DNA of 43,018 nucleotides from Gammaproteobacteria bacterium (GTDB lineage Bacteria; Pseudomonadota; Gammaproteobacteria; Natronospirales; REEB76): NCBI GenBank assembly GCA_028871235.1, contig JAGWNO010000001.1, positions 1 to 43,018 of the forward strand, read 5' to 3'. Shown piece by piece: positions 1 to 8,549 of this stretch (position 1 is its first letter; each line of letters starts with the position of its first letter). The notes under the pieces were generated by a model. It saw only the letters and a program-made list of their open reading frames with translations, ran no database searches and was not told where the DNA came from. The position numbers and the translations under genes were made by a program.

Positions 1-568
1 CCTGCATCTGCGCGCTGCTGAGACGTGCAGCGATGGCATCCATCATGGGAGATGCGCGCTGTCCGCCGGCAAAAGCCTGGAGCTGGGCGACCACATAGGC
101 CGCGTGCTGCCCGGCCAGACGGGGATAATTGGCGGGGGCATTGCCGGCACCATCGGGCCCATGGCAGGCGAGACATGCCGGCACACCGTTGTCCTTGTCG
201 CCGCCGCGATACAGGGCCTCACCGGTTTTCACCAAGCCGGGGTCGGCCTCACCGGTTTCCACTTTCTGAGTGGCGAAATACGCGGCGATATCCTGCATAT
301 CCTGTGCGCTCAAACCCGCCGCCATGCCCGCCATGATGGGATTCTTGCGTTCACCCGACTTGAAGCGCGCGAGCTCCCGGCTGATGTAGCCGGCGTTCTG
401 GCCGGCGAGCTTGGGAAACTGGGGGCTGGTGCTGTTGCCATCGGCGCCATGACAGGCAGCGCATGCGGCGGCTTTGCCCTTGCCGGCGGCGGCATTGCCG
501 GCGGCATTCACGTTGGCAGCGAGTGCCAACGCGCCCATGGTGGCGGCAATCATTGCGAACTTGTTCAT
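1..568 (-). CDS. Dihaem cytochrome c4 (partial; C-terminus runs off the left edge of the window)
   Basis: The minus-strand frame is open from the ATG at 568-566 to position 1. Translation starts MNKFAMIAATMGALALAANVNA (signal peptide). It contains two CxxCH haem-c motifs, CAACH (463-449) and CLACH (175-161), each followed by HG.DG and PKLAGQ/PRLAGQ as in cytochrome c4. It is divergent from engB, as in Pseudomonas-type synteny. It is absent from the ORF track because no stop codon lies in the window. Confidence 0.85.
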   Translation of the reverse strand, partial: MNKFAMIAATMGALALAANVNAAGNAAAGKGKAAACAACHGADGNSTSPQFPKLAGQNAGYISRELARFKSGERKNPIMAGMAAGLSAQDMQDIAAYFATQKVETGEADPGLVKTGEALYRGGDKDNGVPACLACHGPDGAGNAPANYPRLAGQHAAYVVAQLQAFAGGQRASPMMDAIAARLSSAQMQ

Positions 569-712
569 GGGAACAGCTCCTTAAGGGGATATGGCAAGGG
601 AGGTCGGCCGGATTGCATGTTCGCGGAGGGTTTTTCCGCGCTCCGGGACCTGCCGCAAACGAGGATTCGATTTTACACTAAGCTACAAAGCCCCCTCCAC
701 CGCGGACCCCGC

Positions 713-1336
713 ATGCAGCTTGATTTCCGCCACGCCCGCTTCCTGAAGAGCGCCAATGCGCTGTCCGACCTGCCCGCCGACGATGGCCGCGAAGTGGCCT
801 TCGCCGGCCGTTCCAATGCCGGCAAGTCCAGCGCCCTGAACGCAATCAGCGGGGTCGGAGGGCTGGCACGGGTGAGCAAGACGCCGGGCCGCACCCAGCT
901 CATCAATTTCTTCACACTGGCCGGGCAATACCGCCTCGTGGATCTGCCGGGTTACGGCTATGCACGGGTCCCGCCGTCCATACGCCTGCACTGGGCACGG
1001 TTGATGGAGGACTACTTCACAGCCCGCGCCTCGCTTGCCGGCCTGGTATTGGTGATGGATATGCGCCACCCGCTGACCGATTTTGACCGGCAGATGCTGG
1101 CCTGGGTCATGCCCCTGGGGCGGCCGGTGCTGGCGCTGCTTACCAAGGCGGACAAATTGTCGCGCAGCGCACGCTTGAAGAGCTGTGGTGACGTGAAGAC
1201 GGTGCTTGCGGGTCAGGTCGAGGTGTTGGCCTTCTCGGCCATGTCCGCCGAGGGCGTGGAAGCGGCACGCACACTTCTGGAACACTGGTTGACGGATTCC
1301 GGCCGCAGCCCGAAAGAAAAAAACCCCGGTGTCTAA
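713..1336 (+). CDS. engB: Ribosome-biogenesis GTPase EngB/YihA
   Basis: Translation from the ATG at 713 is MQLDFRHARFLKSA...EVAFAGRSNAGKSSALNA (G1 P-loop) ...DLPGYGYA (G3) ...TKADK (G4). The 104-712 part of the 410-aa track ORF is antisense to cytochrome c4 and is not part of this gene. Confidence 0.9.
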   Translation: MQLDFRHARFLKSANALSDLPADDGREVAFAGRSNAGKSSALNAISGVGGLARVSKTPGRTQLINFFTLAGQYRLVDLPGYGYARVPPSIRLHWARLMEDYFTARASLAGLVLVMDMRHPLTDFDRQMLAWVMPLGRPVLALLTKADKLSRSARLKSCGDVKTVLAGQVEVLAFSAMSAEGVEAARTLLEHWLTDSGRSPKEKNPGV

Positions 1337-1354
1337 AGGGAGAAAACACCGGGG
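1317..1354 (-). terminator. Rho-independent terminator, minus-strand orientation, overlapping the engB stop codon
   Basis: A 9-bp GC-rich stem pairs CCCCGGTGT (1324-1332) with ACACCGGGG (1346-1354), with a 13-nt loop. On the minus strand the hairpin is followed by 7 U (plus-strand A-run 1317-1323). On the plus strand only UU follows the hairpin. Confidence 0.7.
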
Positions 1355-1436
1355 TTAACCGCTTCGCCCGGCTTGGGGAGACCGGGCGGCTGCCCCGCTC
1401 AGGGAGGTGAGCGGGTCGAGCACCATTGCGGCGCTC
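1317..1436 (-). ncRNA. Candidate Spot 42/ErsA-like small RNA in the polA-engB intergenic region (5' end approximate)
   Basis: A 257-bp gap separates convergent polA and engB. A sigmaE-like promoter lies at 1443-1470. The predicted ~120-nt transcript has three stem-loops: GTGAGCG/CGCTCAC, GCCCGG/CCGGGC, and the terminator hairpin followed by a U7 tract. It has the same position and orientation (downstream of and co-directional with polA) as spf in E. coli and ErsA in P. aeruginosa. Confidence 0.4.
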
Positions 1437-1442
1437 ACTGGT

Positions 1443-1470
1443 TTCGAGATTCATTCCAGATAAAAGTTCC
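1443..1470 (-). promoter_or_regulatory. SigmaE/AlgU-type promoter candidate (GGAACTT-N16-TCGAA)
   Basis: The minus strand reads GGAACTT (1470-1464), a 16-nt spacer, then TCGAA (1447-1443). This fits the extracytoplasmic-stress sigma consensus GAACTT-N16/17-TCnnA. Confidence 0.4.
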
Positions 1471-1593
1471 GGGAAGCCGCACGAATTTTCCCAGGCGGAT
1501 AATCCCTTGTTTGTATTGATTTTCAGCGCCGCGGCGTGCATCTGCGCCGCCCGCGTCCCGGCATGAACACGGGGCAGGGATGACCGGCCTGGT

Positions 1594-4338
1594 TTAATGC
1601 GCCTCATCCCAGTTGTCGCCCACGCCCACATCCACCGCCAAAGCGACTTGCAGCTGCGCCGCACCGCACATGAGGCGGGTCACCGCGGTTCGCAGCGTGT
1701 CGACCGCCTGCTGCTCCACTTCGAACACCAGTTCGTCATGCACCTGCATGAGCATGCGCGCCGGTATGCCGCTCTCCCCGAGCCAGCGGTGTACGCTGAT
1801 CATGGCGCGTTTGATGATGTCGGCGGCGGTGCCCTGCATGGGTGCGTTGATGGCGGAGCGCTCGGCGTACTGGCGCAGTTGGGCGTTGTGCGCGCGGATG
1901 TCGGGCAGGTAAAGCCGCCGGCCGAACACCGTCTCCACATAGCCCTGTTCGCGGGCGTGGCTGCGGGTGCGGTCCATGAAAGCCTTCACGCCGGGGTAGC
2001 GCGCGAAATACAGCTCCACGTACGCCTGTGCTTCAGCGCGTTCGATACCCAGCTGTTTGGCCAGACCGAAGGCCGACATGCCGTAAATCAGGCCGAAGTT
2101 GATGGCCTTGGCGGAGCGCCGCTGGGCCTCGGTGACTTTCTCCGCGCTCACGCCAAACACCTCCGCGGCGGTCGCGCGGTGGATGTCCATGCCCTTGGCG
2201 AATGCCTCCAGCAGTCCCGGGTCGCCGGACAGGTGCGCCATGATGCGCAGTTCAATCTGTGAATAATCCGCCGCCAGGATTTTGTGGCCTTTGGGCGCAA
2301 TGAACGCCTGACGGATACGCCGGCCCTCGGTGGTACGCACCGGTATGTTCTGCAGGTTGGGATCTGTGGAGGACAGTCGGCCGGTGGCGGCGACCGCCTG
2401 GTGGTACGAGGTATGTACGCGGCCGCTCTGCGGGTTCACCTGTTCCGGCAGCCTGTCGGTGTAGGTGGACTTGAGCTTGCTCAAGGAGCGGTATTCGAGG
2501 ATCACTTTCGGCAGCTCGAAATCCCCCGCCAGTTCCTCCAGCACGTCCTCCGCCGTGGAGGGCTGGCCGCCGGGCGTCTTGCGCAGCACCGGCAGGTTCA
2601 TCTTTTCAAACAGGATGGCCTGCAGCTGCTTGGGGGAATCCAGGTTGAAGGCGTTGCCGGCAAGCGTATGGGCCTTTTGTTCCAGCAACTGCAGGGATTT
2701 CTCGATCTCCCGGCTCTGCTGCCTGAGCATGGCGGCGTCGACCAGCACGCCGCCGTGTTCCATGTCCAGCAGCACCTCCACCAGTGGCATCTCGATATCC
2801 TCGAACACCTCGCGCAGCGCCGGGACGGCGGCAAGCCGCGGCCACAGGGCAGCATGCAGCCGCAGGGTCACGTCCGCATCCTCGGCCGAATAACGGGTGG
2901 CATCCTCGATGCGCACCTGCTCGAAGCCGATCTGTTTCGCGCCCTTGCCGGCCACATCCTCGTAGTGGATGGTGTGGTAGCGCAGGTATTTCTCCGCCAG
3001 GGAATCCATGTCGTGGCGGCTGGCGGTGCTGTCCAGCACGTAGGATTCCAGCATCGAGTCGTAGCGCATGCCGGCCAGCCTGATACCGTGATTCCTGAGC
3101 ACGTGGGCGTCGTACTTGATGTGGTGACCGAGCTTCGCGTGACTGGCGCTTTCCAGCAGCGGTTGCAGGCGGCGCAACACTGCTGCGCGCTCCAGTTGTC
3201 GCGGGGCATCGGCATAGGCATGCGCCAGCGGCACATAGGCGGCCTCGCCCGCCCGCAGCGCGAAAGATACGCCGACGATCTCGGCCCGCATGTAGTCAAG
3301 GCTGGTGGTCTCGGTATCGAAGGCGAACAGTTCAGCGGATTCGAGCCGGGTGATCCATTGATCCAGGCTGTTTTCGTCCAGCACGGCTTCATACCGGGGG
3401 GCAGGTGAGGGGTGAGGAGTGAGAGGTGAGGCGGTGGGACCAGGAACTGTTTCCGGATGGCCGTCGTCGAGCTGGTGCAGCCAGGTTTTGAATTCGAGAC
3501 GCGTGAACAGCTCCCGCAACGCGGCCGTGTCCGGCGTTCGCATCGTCAGGTCCTGCGGCTTGACCGGCAGTGGTACATCGCAGCGGATGGTCGCAAGCTG
3601 GCGCGAAAGCATGGCCTGTTCGTGCTGGGCCCGCAGTTTCCCGGGCAGTTGCTTGGCGCCGCGGATCGCAAGCCGGGGGATGTCATCGAGCCGCTGGTAC
3701 AGGGCTTCGAGCGTGCCGAAGTGGGCCAACAGCGGCGCCGCGGTTTTGGGACCGATGCCGGACACACCGGGGATGTTGTCGGAACTGTCGCCCACCAGCG
3801 CCAGGTAGTCAATGATCTGTTCCGGCCAGACGTCGAACTTCTGTTTCACACCGTCGCGGTCCAGCAGCGTACCGGTCATGGTGTTCACCAGCGTCACATG
3901 CTCATTGACCAGCTGGCCCATGTCTTTGTCGCCGGTGGAGATCAGCACCGCTTGTCCGGCATCCGCCGCCTGCTTGGCCAGCGTACCGATCACGTCGTCG
4001 GCTTCCACGCCTGAAATCCGCAACACCGGAAATCCGAGTGCCTTCACCAGCGCATGCAACGGTTCGATCTGCAGGCTCATGTCGTCCGGCATGGGCGGAC
4101 GGTTGGCCTTGTACTCCTGGAAAAGTTCATCGCGGAAAGTCCTGCCGCTGGCGTCGAACACCACCGCTATGCGCTCGGGCGCATAATCCGCCAGCAACTT
4201 CTTGAGCATGGCAGCCACGCCGCGTACCGCGCCCGTGGGCTCGCCGCGGGAATTGCTGAGCGGTGGCAGCGCGTAAAACGCGCGGTACAGATAGGAGGAG
4301 CCGTCCACAAGGATGAGCGGTTTTTCGGGCATGGTCAT
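1594..4338 (-). CDS. polA: DNA polymerase I
   Basis: 914 aa. It has the 5'-nuclease N-terminus (LILVDGSSYLYRAFYA), the 3'-5' exonuclease domain (FAFDTETTSLD) and the polymerase motifs (DYSQIELRIMAH, QVHDELVFE). Confidence 0.97.
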   Translation of the reverse strand: MTMPEKPLILVDGSSYLYRAFYALPPLSNSRGEPTGAVRGVAAMLKKLLADYAPERIAVVFDASGRTFRDELFQEYKANRPPMPDDMSLQIEPLHALVKALGFPVLRISGVEADDVIGTLAKQAADAGQAVLISTGDKDMGQLVNEHVTLVNTMTGTLLDRDGVKQKFDVWPEQIIDYLALVGDSSDNIPGVSGIGPKTAAPLLAHFGTLEALYQRLDDIPRLAIRGAKQLPGKLRAQHEQAMLSRQLATIRCDVPLPVKPQDLTMRTPDTAALRELFTRLEFKTWLHQLDDGHPETVPGPTASPLTPHPSPAPRYEAVLDENSLDQWITRLESAELFAFDTETTSLDYMRAEIVGVSFALRAGEAAYVPLAHAYADAPRQLERAAVLRRLQPLLESASHAKLGHHIKYDAHVLRNHGIRLAGMRYDSMLESYVLDSTASRHDMDSLAEKYLRYHTIHYEDVAGKGAKQIGFEQVRIEDATRYSAEDADVTLRLHAALWPRLAAVPALREVFEDIEMPLVEVLLDMEHGGVLVDAAMLRQQSREIEKSLQLLEQKAHTLAGNAFNLDSPKQLQAILFEKMNLPVLRKTPGGQPSTAEDVLEELAGDFELPKVILEYRSLSKLKSTYTDRLPEQVNPQSGRVHTSYHQAVAATGRLSSTDPNLQNIPVRTTEGRRIRQAFIAPKGHKILAADYSQIELRIMAHLSGDPGLLEAFAKGMDIHRATAAEVFGVSAEKVTEAQRRSAKAINFGLIYGMSAFGLAKQLGIERAEAQAYVELYFARYPGVKAFMDRTRSHAREQGYVETVFGRRLYLPDIRAHNAQLRQYAERSAINAPMQGTAADIIKRAMISVHRWLGESGIPARMLMQVHDELVFEVEQQAVDTLRTAVTRLMCGAAQLQVALAVDVGVGDNWDEAH

Positions 4339-5622
4339 TCCGGCAGCAGTGCTTCGTGTGCCATCAGTTCGGCGATGGTCTCGCGGCGGCGGATGAGGGT
4401 GGCGCGTGTGCCGTCCACCAACACCTCAGCGGCCCGCGGCCGGGCATTGTAGTTGGAACTCATGACGGCGCCGTAGGCGCCGGTGGTCATCACCGCCAGC
4501 AGGTCCCGCGGCTGGGCCGCCAGCCGGCGATCGCGGGCCAGAAAATCAGCCGATTCACATACCGGTCCCGCGACGTCGCAGTTTTCAGCCGGCACGCCGC
4601 TGTGTGGCGTCACTTCACGCACCTCATGCCAGGCATCATATAGCGGCGGACGGATGAGTTCCGTCATGCCGGCATCCACGATGAGCACGCGGCGGTGGCC
4701 GCTGCGTTTCACGTATTCGACGCGGGTGAGCAGGATGCCGGCCGCACCGACGATGGCGCGGCCCGGCTCCAGCAGCATCTCCAGCCGGCGGCCGCCCAGC
4801 GCCGCGCGTGCCCGGCCTATGAAGTCGGCGATCGCCGGCGGTGACTCGCTGCCGTAACGGATGCCGAAACCACCGCCGAAATCCACATGCTCGAGCGGGA
4901 CAGCGTGCCGCGCCAGCCGGTCCGCCAGCTGCACCAGCATTTCGGCGGCGGCGGTGAAGGCCTCCAGTTCGGTGAGCTGCGAGCCGATATGACAGGCGAC
5001 GCCCGTGAGGCGGATGCCGGGCAGGGTGGCGGCGCGCCGGCACAGCGCCTCCGCCTGTGTCAGTTCCACGCCGAATTTGGCGCCGGCGTGGCCGGTGGTG
5101 ATGTGCGGGTGCGTGCGCACCGGCACGCGGGGGTTGATGCGGATGGCGACTGCGGCGGGTGTATCCGCCGCCACGGCCAGCGCCGACAGGCGCTGCAGCT
5201 CCGCTTCCGATTCCACGTTGAAGCAGCGGATGCCTGCGGCCAGCGCCCGCGCCAGCTCGTCGTCGCGTTTGCCGACGCCGGAGAACACGATGCGTTGCGC
5301 GTCGCCGCCGGCCCGCAGCACCCGTTCCAGCTCGCCGACCGAGACGATGTCGAAGCCGGCGCCGAGCCGCGCCAGCAGCTGCAGGATGGCAAGCGTGCCG
5401 TTGGCCTTGACCGCGTAGCACAGCAGATGCGGCGTGCCCCGCAGTGCGCGCGTGAAGTCCGCGAAGGCTTCAGTGATGGCTTGGCGTGAATATATATAAA
5501 GAGGCGTGCCGTAGCGTTGCGCCAGCGCCACGAGGCTCACGTCTTCCGCGTGCAGCGCGCCGGCACGGTGCGCGAAGGGGGAAGTGGACGCGGCGGCGCG
5601 TCCGGACCGTGCCTTGCTCAGG
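4335..5622 (-). CDS. lysA: Diaminopimelate decarboxylase (start codon uncertain: CTG 5622, GTG 5540 or ATG 5840)
   Basis: PLP-dependent group IV decarboxylase signature: YGTPLYIYS, CYAVKANG, GGGFGI, CESADF. Homology to LysA begins near FAHRAGALHAEDV (codon at 5576). The stop TGA overlaps the polA ATG (ATGA at 4338-4335). Confidence 0.9.
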
Positions 5623-5836
5623 GTTGCGCCCCGGCGGGATGCGATGACTGCGGCGGCGGCGGATTGACCCGCGGAGCCGCTGGCGTGGTGGTCGCCGCCG
5701 GAGGCTTGGTTGCCGGTGGCGACGGGATGGTCCGGGGAGGCGTCAGCGGCAGATACAGCGGTCCCTTCTGGCCACAGCCGGCCAGCAGCAGTGCGAGCGC
5801 GGCGGAGTAACCCAGAGCGGTGAGGCGAGAGTGCAT
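5618..5836 (-). CDS. lptM: LPS-assembly lipoprotein LptM (YifL family)
   Basis: 72 aa. It has a lipobox LLAGC followed by the family-typical GQKGPLYLP and then a Pro/Ala/Thr-rich tail. It sits immediately upstream of lysA, the usual position for this family. Confidence 0.8.
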   Translation of the reverse strand: MHSRLTALGYSAALALLLAGCGQKGPLYLPLTPPRTIPSPPATKPPAATTTPAAPRVNPPPPQSSHPAGAQP

Positions 5837-5917
5837 TCATCCAGTATAAACGCTGCCCGCCGGGACGCCTATGCGGGCATGTTAGAGTGACCCCCGGCCA
5901 CGCCGGAGGTACGGTGC

Positions 5918-6589
5918 ATGCGCGATCTGGACCTGGCGCTTTATATCGCCGCTGTGCTGCTGGTGATCCTGGTGATTATCGGCCTGGGACTGTCGTGGGG
6001 CGGGCTCAGGCGTTTCTCCCGTGGCCGGCTGTTCAGCGGCAGCAGCCGCATGCTGGCAGGACTGGTACTGCTGTTGACCGCGGCATTGGCCGTCGCGGTG
6101 GCAGTGAATCTGCGCAGCTATATCGCATTCACCCACGAACAAGCGGTGGCCAGTATCGGTTTCACCGCCCTGGGGCCGCAGTATTTCCAGGCAAAGCTCA
6201 AGGATGCGGCCGGCGCCGTGACGCAAACGGAACTGCGCGGTGATGAATGGCAACTCGATGCCCGCGTCATCAAGTGGCGCGGCTTCGCCACGCTGCTGGG
6301 ATTGAGCACGCTTTACCGCCTCGAGCGTCTCAGCGGCCGTTACCGCAACGTGGCTCAGGAACAGCAGGCTGCGCATACCGCCGTGGCGCTGTCGGCGGGG
6401 GGCTGGCTGGATAGCTGGGCCTTGGCGCACCGCTTTCAGAACTGGCTGCCGTGGGTGGACGCCGGCTACGGCAGCGGTGTGTATCTGCCCATGGCGGACG
6501 GCGCCGAATACCAGGTGAGCCTCAGCACCACGGGGCTGGTGGCGCGGCCGCAGAACGACAGCGCACGCCAAGCCATGGCCCATTGGTAG
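5918..6589 (+). CDS. Hypothetical membrane protein (two N-terminal TM segments)
   Basis: 223 aa. A GGAGG Shine-Dalgarno at 5904-5908 lies 9 nt before the ATG. TM segments are LALYIAAVLLVILVIIGLGL and MLAGLVLLLTAALAVAVAV, followed by a soluble domain with protein-like composition. I recognise no family. Confidence 0.6.
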   Translation: MRDLDLALYIAAVLLVILVIIGLGLSWGGLRRFSRGRLFSGSSRMLAGLVLLLTAALAVAVAVNLRSYIAFTHEQAVASIGFTALGPQYFQAKLKDAAGAVTQTELRGDEWQLDARVIKWRGFATLLGLSTLYRLERLSGRYRNVAQEQQAAHTAVALSAGGWLDSWALAHRFQNWLPWVDAGYGSGVYLPMADGAEYQVSLSTTGLVARPQNDSARQAMAHW

Positions 6590-6709
6590 GGATTTCCCGG
6601 ATGACCCGCCCAGCGGCGGGTGCTGCAGCGTTTTGCGCCCGTACCCTGAGCGCCGCTGCACTCACGCCTGGTTACTGAAAGCGGTCGTCTGGAAAACGAC
6701 AATATTTCT

Positions 6710-7147
6710 TCAAGCTTGGAAGCCGGCGCGTTCCAGCACCGCCAGGGTGATGCGCGACACGCACACCAGGCGGTCCTGATCATCGGTGATCCTGATTTCC
6801 CATACCTGGGTGCTGCCGCCGATGTGCAGCGGCCGGGCGGTACCGGTGACGGTCCCCGAGCGCATGGCGCGTACGTGATTGGCATTGATGTCAAGACCGA
6901 CGCACAGTTTTTTGGCGCGATCCACCACCAGGTTGGCGCCGGTGCTGCCCAGCGTTTCGGCCAGCGCCACCGAGGCGCCGCCGTGCAGGATGCCGGCGGG
7001 CTGTTTGGTGCGTTCGTCCACGGGCATGACGGCCTTCAGATAATCATCGCCGATCTCCGTATAGCGGATGCCCAGGTGGGTGACCAGCGTCTTTTCCTGA
7101 TAGCGGTTCAGGTCGTCAATGCCGAACGGCTGAAACCAGATGCTCAT
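6710..7147 (-). CDS. Hotdog-fold acyl-CoA thioesterase, PaaI/YdiI(MenI)/YbdB family
   Basis: 145 aa. It is collinear with E. coli YdiI: MSIWFQPFGIDDLN...LVTHLGIRYTEIGDDYL...QPAGILHGGASVALAETLGS...HIGGSTQVWEIRI. Confidence 0.85.
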   Translation of the reverse strand: MSIWFQPFGIDDLNRYQEKTLVTHLGIRYTEIGDDYLKAVMPVDERTKQPAGILHGGASVALAETLGSTGANLVVDRAKKLCVGLDINANHVRAMRSGTVTGTARPLHIGGSTQVWEIRITDDQDRLVCVSRITLAVLERAGFQA

Positions 7148-7826
7148 GGGGTGTCTCCGTCGGGATCAAGTCACAGAAGTGGAACCGGCCGTCGCGGCGC
7201 ACCCGTTCGCCGCGGCGGAAGGCGACGGGCGTGCGCAACACGGGGCCGGCATACACGAACGTATGGAATTCGCCGTTTTCACCACACGGGTCGGTCCCGG
7301 GCGGCAGTTGCCGCAGGAGCTGTTCATCATATTCCCGCCCCGCGAAGCCGCCGTCCAGTGCCTCAGCGTCCACGCAGCACAATACCGCTTTGAATCCCTG
7401 CGCGATGAATTCCCGCGCCAGCTTGTCCGTGGGCCGGTGCCACAGCGGGAACAGGCATTCCATGTCGGCCTGTTGCATGTGCTTGATGCGGTACTGGCGG
7501 ATGTCCTCCAGGAACAGGTCGCCGAAAGCCACATGCCGGATGCCCCGGGCCTTGAAGCCTTCCAGCGCCGCGCGCATTTTCTGTTCATATTCGTCGTTGG
7601 ATGGAGTCTGCGGCAGCCACAGCTTGTGCAGCGGCAGACCGATGGCCTCGGCCTGGGCATCCAGCAGCGCCTCGCGCACCCCGTGCATGCTGATGCGGCC
7701 GTAGTATTCGTTGACGGAGGTGAGCAGTCCTTTCACTGCGTAGCGCGGATCCTGCCGCAGGGCGTGCAGCGCCAGCGCGCTGTCCTTGCCGCCGCTCCAG
7801 GAGAGTATAACGGGCAGCGCACTCAT
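7116..7826 (-). CDS. PP-loop ATP pyrophosphatase, Dph6/MJ0570-related adenine nucleotide alpha-hydrolase
   Basis: 236 aa with an N-terminal SWSGGKDS PP-loop, plus GDLFLEDIRQYR and CGENGEFHTF motifs. Its start overlaps the TerC stop (ATGA 7826-7823). Its 3' end overlaps the thioesterase start by 32 nt. Confidence 0.8.
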   Translation of the reverse strand: MSALPVILSWSGGKDSALALHALRQDPRYAVKGLLTSVNEYYGRISMHGVREALLDAQAEAIGLPLHKLWLPQTPSNDEYEQKMRAALEGFKARGIRHVAFGDLFLEDIRQYRIKHMQQADMECLFPLWHRPTDKLAREFIAQGFKAVLCCVDAEALDGGFAGREYDEQLLRQLPPGTDPCGENGEFHTFVYAGPVLRTPVAFRRGERVRRDGRFHFCDLIPTETPHEHLVSAVRH

Positions 7827-8539
7827 GACGCGCGCCGCCGGCGCAACCGCAGGTTGAGCATTTCCACCCCGAAGGCGAAAGCCATGGCGAAGTAGATGTA
7901 GCCCTTGGGGATGTGCAGACCGATGCCGTCGGCGATCAGCGCCACGCCGATGAGGATCAGGAACGCGAGCGCCAGCATCTTGAGGGTGGGATGGCGCTGC
8001 ACGAAGCGGCTCACCGCACCGGCGTAGAGCAGCATGCAGCCCACGGCGATGATGATAGCCGCGGCCATGACGAACAGCCGGTCCGACATGCCGATGGCGG
8101 TGATCACGGAATCGAACGAGAACACGATGTCGAGCAGCGCGATCTGCACCACCGCCGAGGCGAGCGACAGGCGCGCGCCGGCGGTGCGCGGTGCGGCACT
8201 GTCCTCGATGTCGCTATGGATTTCCAGCGTGCTCTTGGCGAGCAGGAACAGGCCGCCGCCGATCAGCACCAGATCGCGCAGCGAAAAGGGCCGCTCGAAC
8301 AGGCTGAACAGCGGCGCGCTGAGCCGCGACAGCCAGAAGATCGTGGCGAGCAGCGCCAGCCGCGTGACCACCGCCAGCGTCAGGCCCAGTTGACGGGCGG
8401 CGGCCTGGCGCGCCTGCGGCAGGCGTCCGGTGACGATGGATATGAAGATGATGTTGTCGATACCCAGGACAATTTCCAGCGCCGTGAGCGTCACCAGCGC
8501 CGCCCATACGCCCGGGTCCGTGATCCATTCCATAATCAA
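7823..8539 (-). CDS. TerC-family integral membrane protein
   Basis: 238 aa and multi-TM, with the characteristic LEIVLGIDNIIFISI and DIVFSFDSVITAIG TerC repeats. Confidence 0.9.
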   Translation of the reverse strand: MIMEWITDPGVWAALVTLTALEIVLGIDNIIFISIVTGRLPQARQAAARQLGLTLAVVTRLALLATIFWLSRLSAPLFSLFERPFSLRDLVLIGGGLFLLAKSTLEIHSDIEDSAAPRTAGARLSLASAVVQIALLDIVFSFDSVITAIGMSDRLFVMAAAIIIAVGCMLLYAGAVSRFVQRHPTLKMLALAFLILIGVALIADGIGLHIPKGYIYFAMAFAFGVEMLNLRLRRRRAS

Positions 8540-8549
8540 AGTTCCTTGT

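Noticed and set aside
104-1336. 410-aa plus-strand ORF spanning the start of the window
   Set aside because: Only the last 207 codons (from ATG 713) look like EngB. The first 200 codons are Gly/Ala/Arg-rich and lie antisense to a clear dihaem cytochrome c4 frame on the minus strand.
4335-5840. Full 501-aa reading of lysA from ATG 5840
   Set aside because: The first ~88 residues have no LysA homology, are low-complexity (Ala/Ser/Gly/Arg), and would overlap the entire well-supported lptM lipoprotein gene in another frame. It is kept only as one of three start options in the finding.
8540-8549. yybP-ykoY (Mn2+) riboswitch expected upstream of a TerC-family gene
   Set aside because: Only 10 nt separate the TerC start from the preceding SDR stop codon, so there is no space for a riboswitch.
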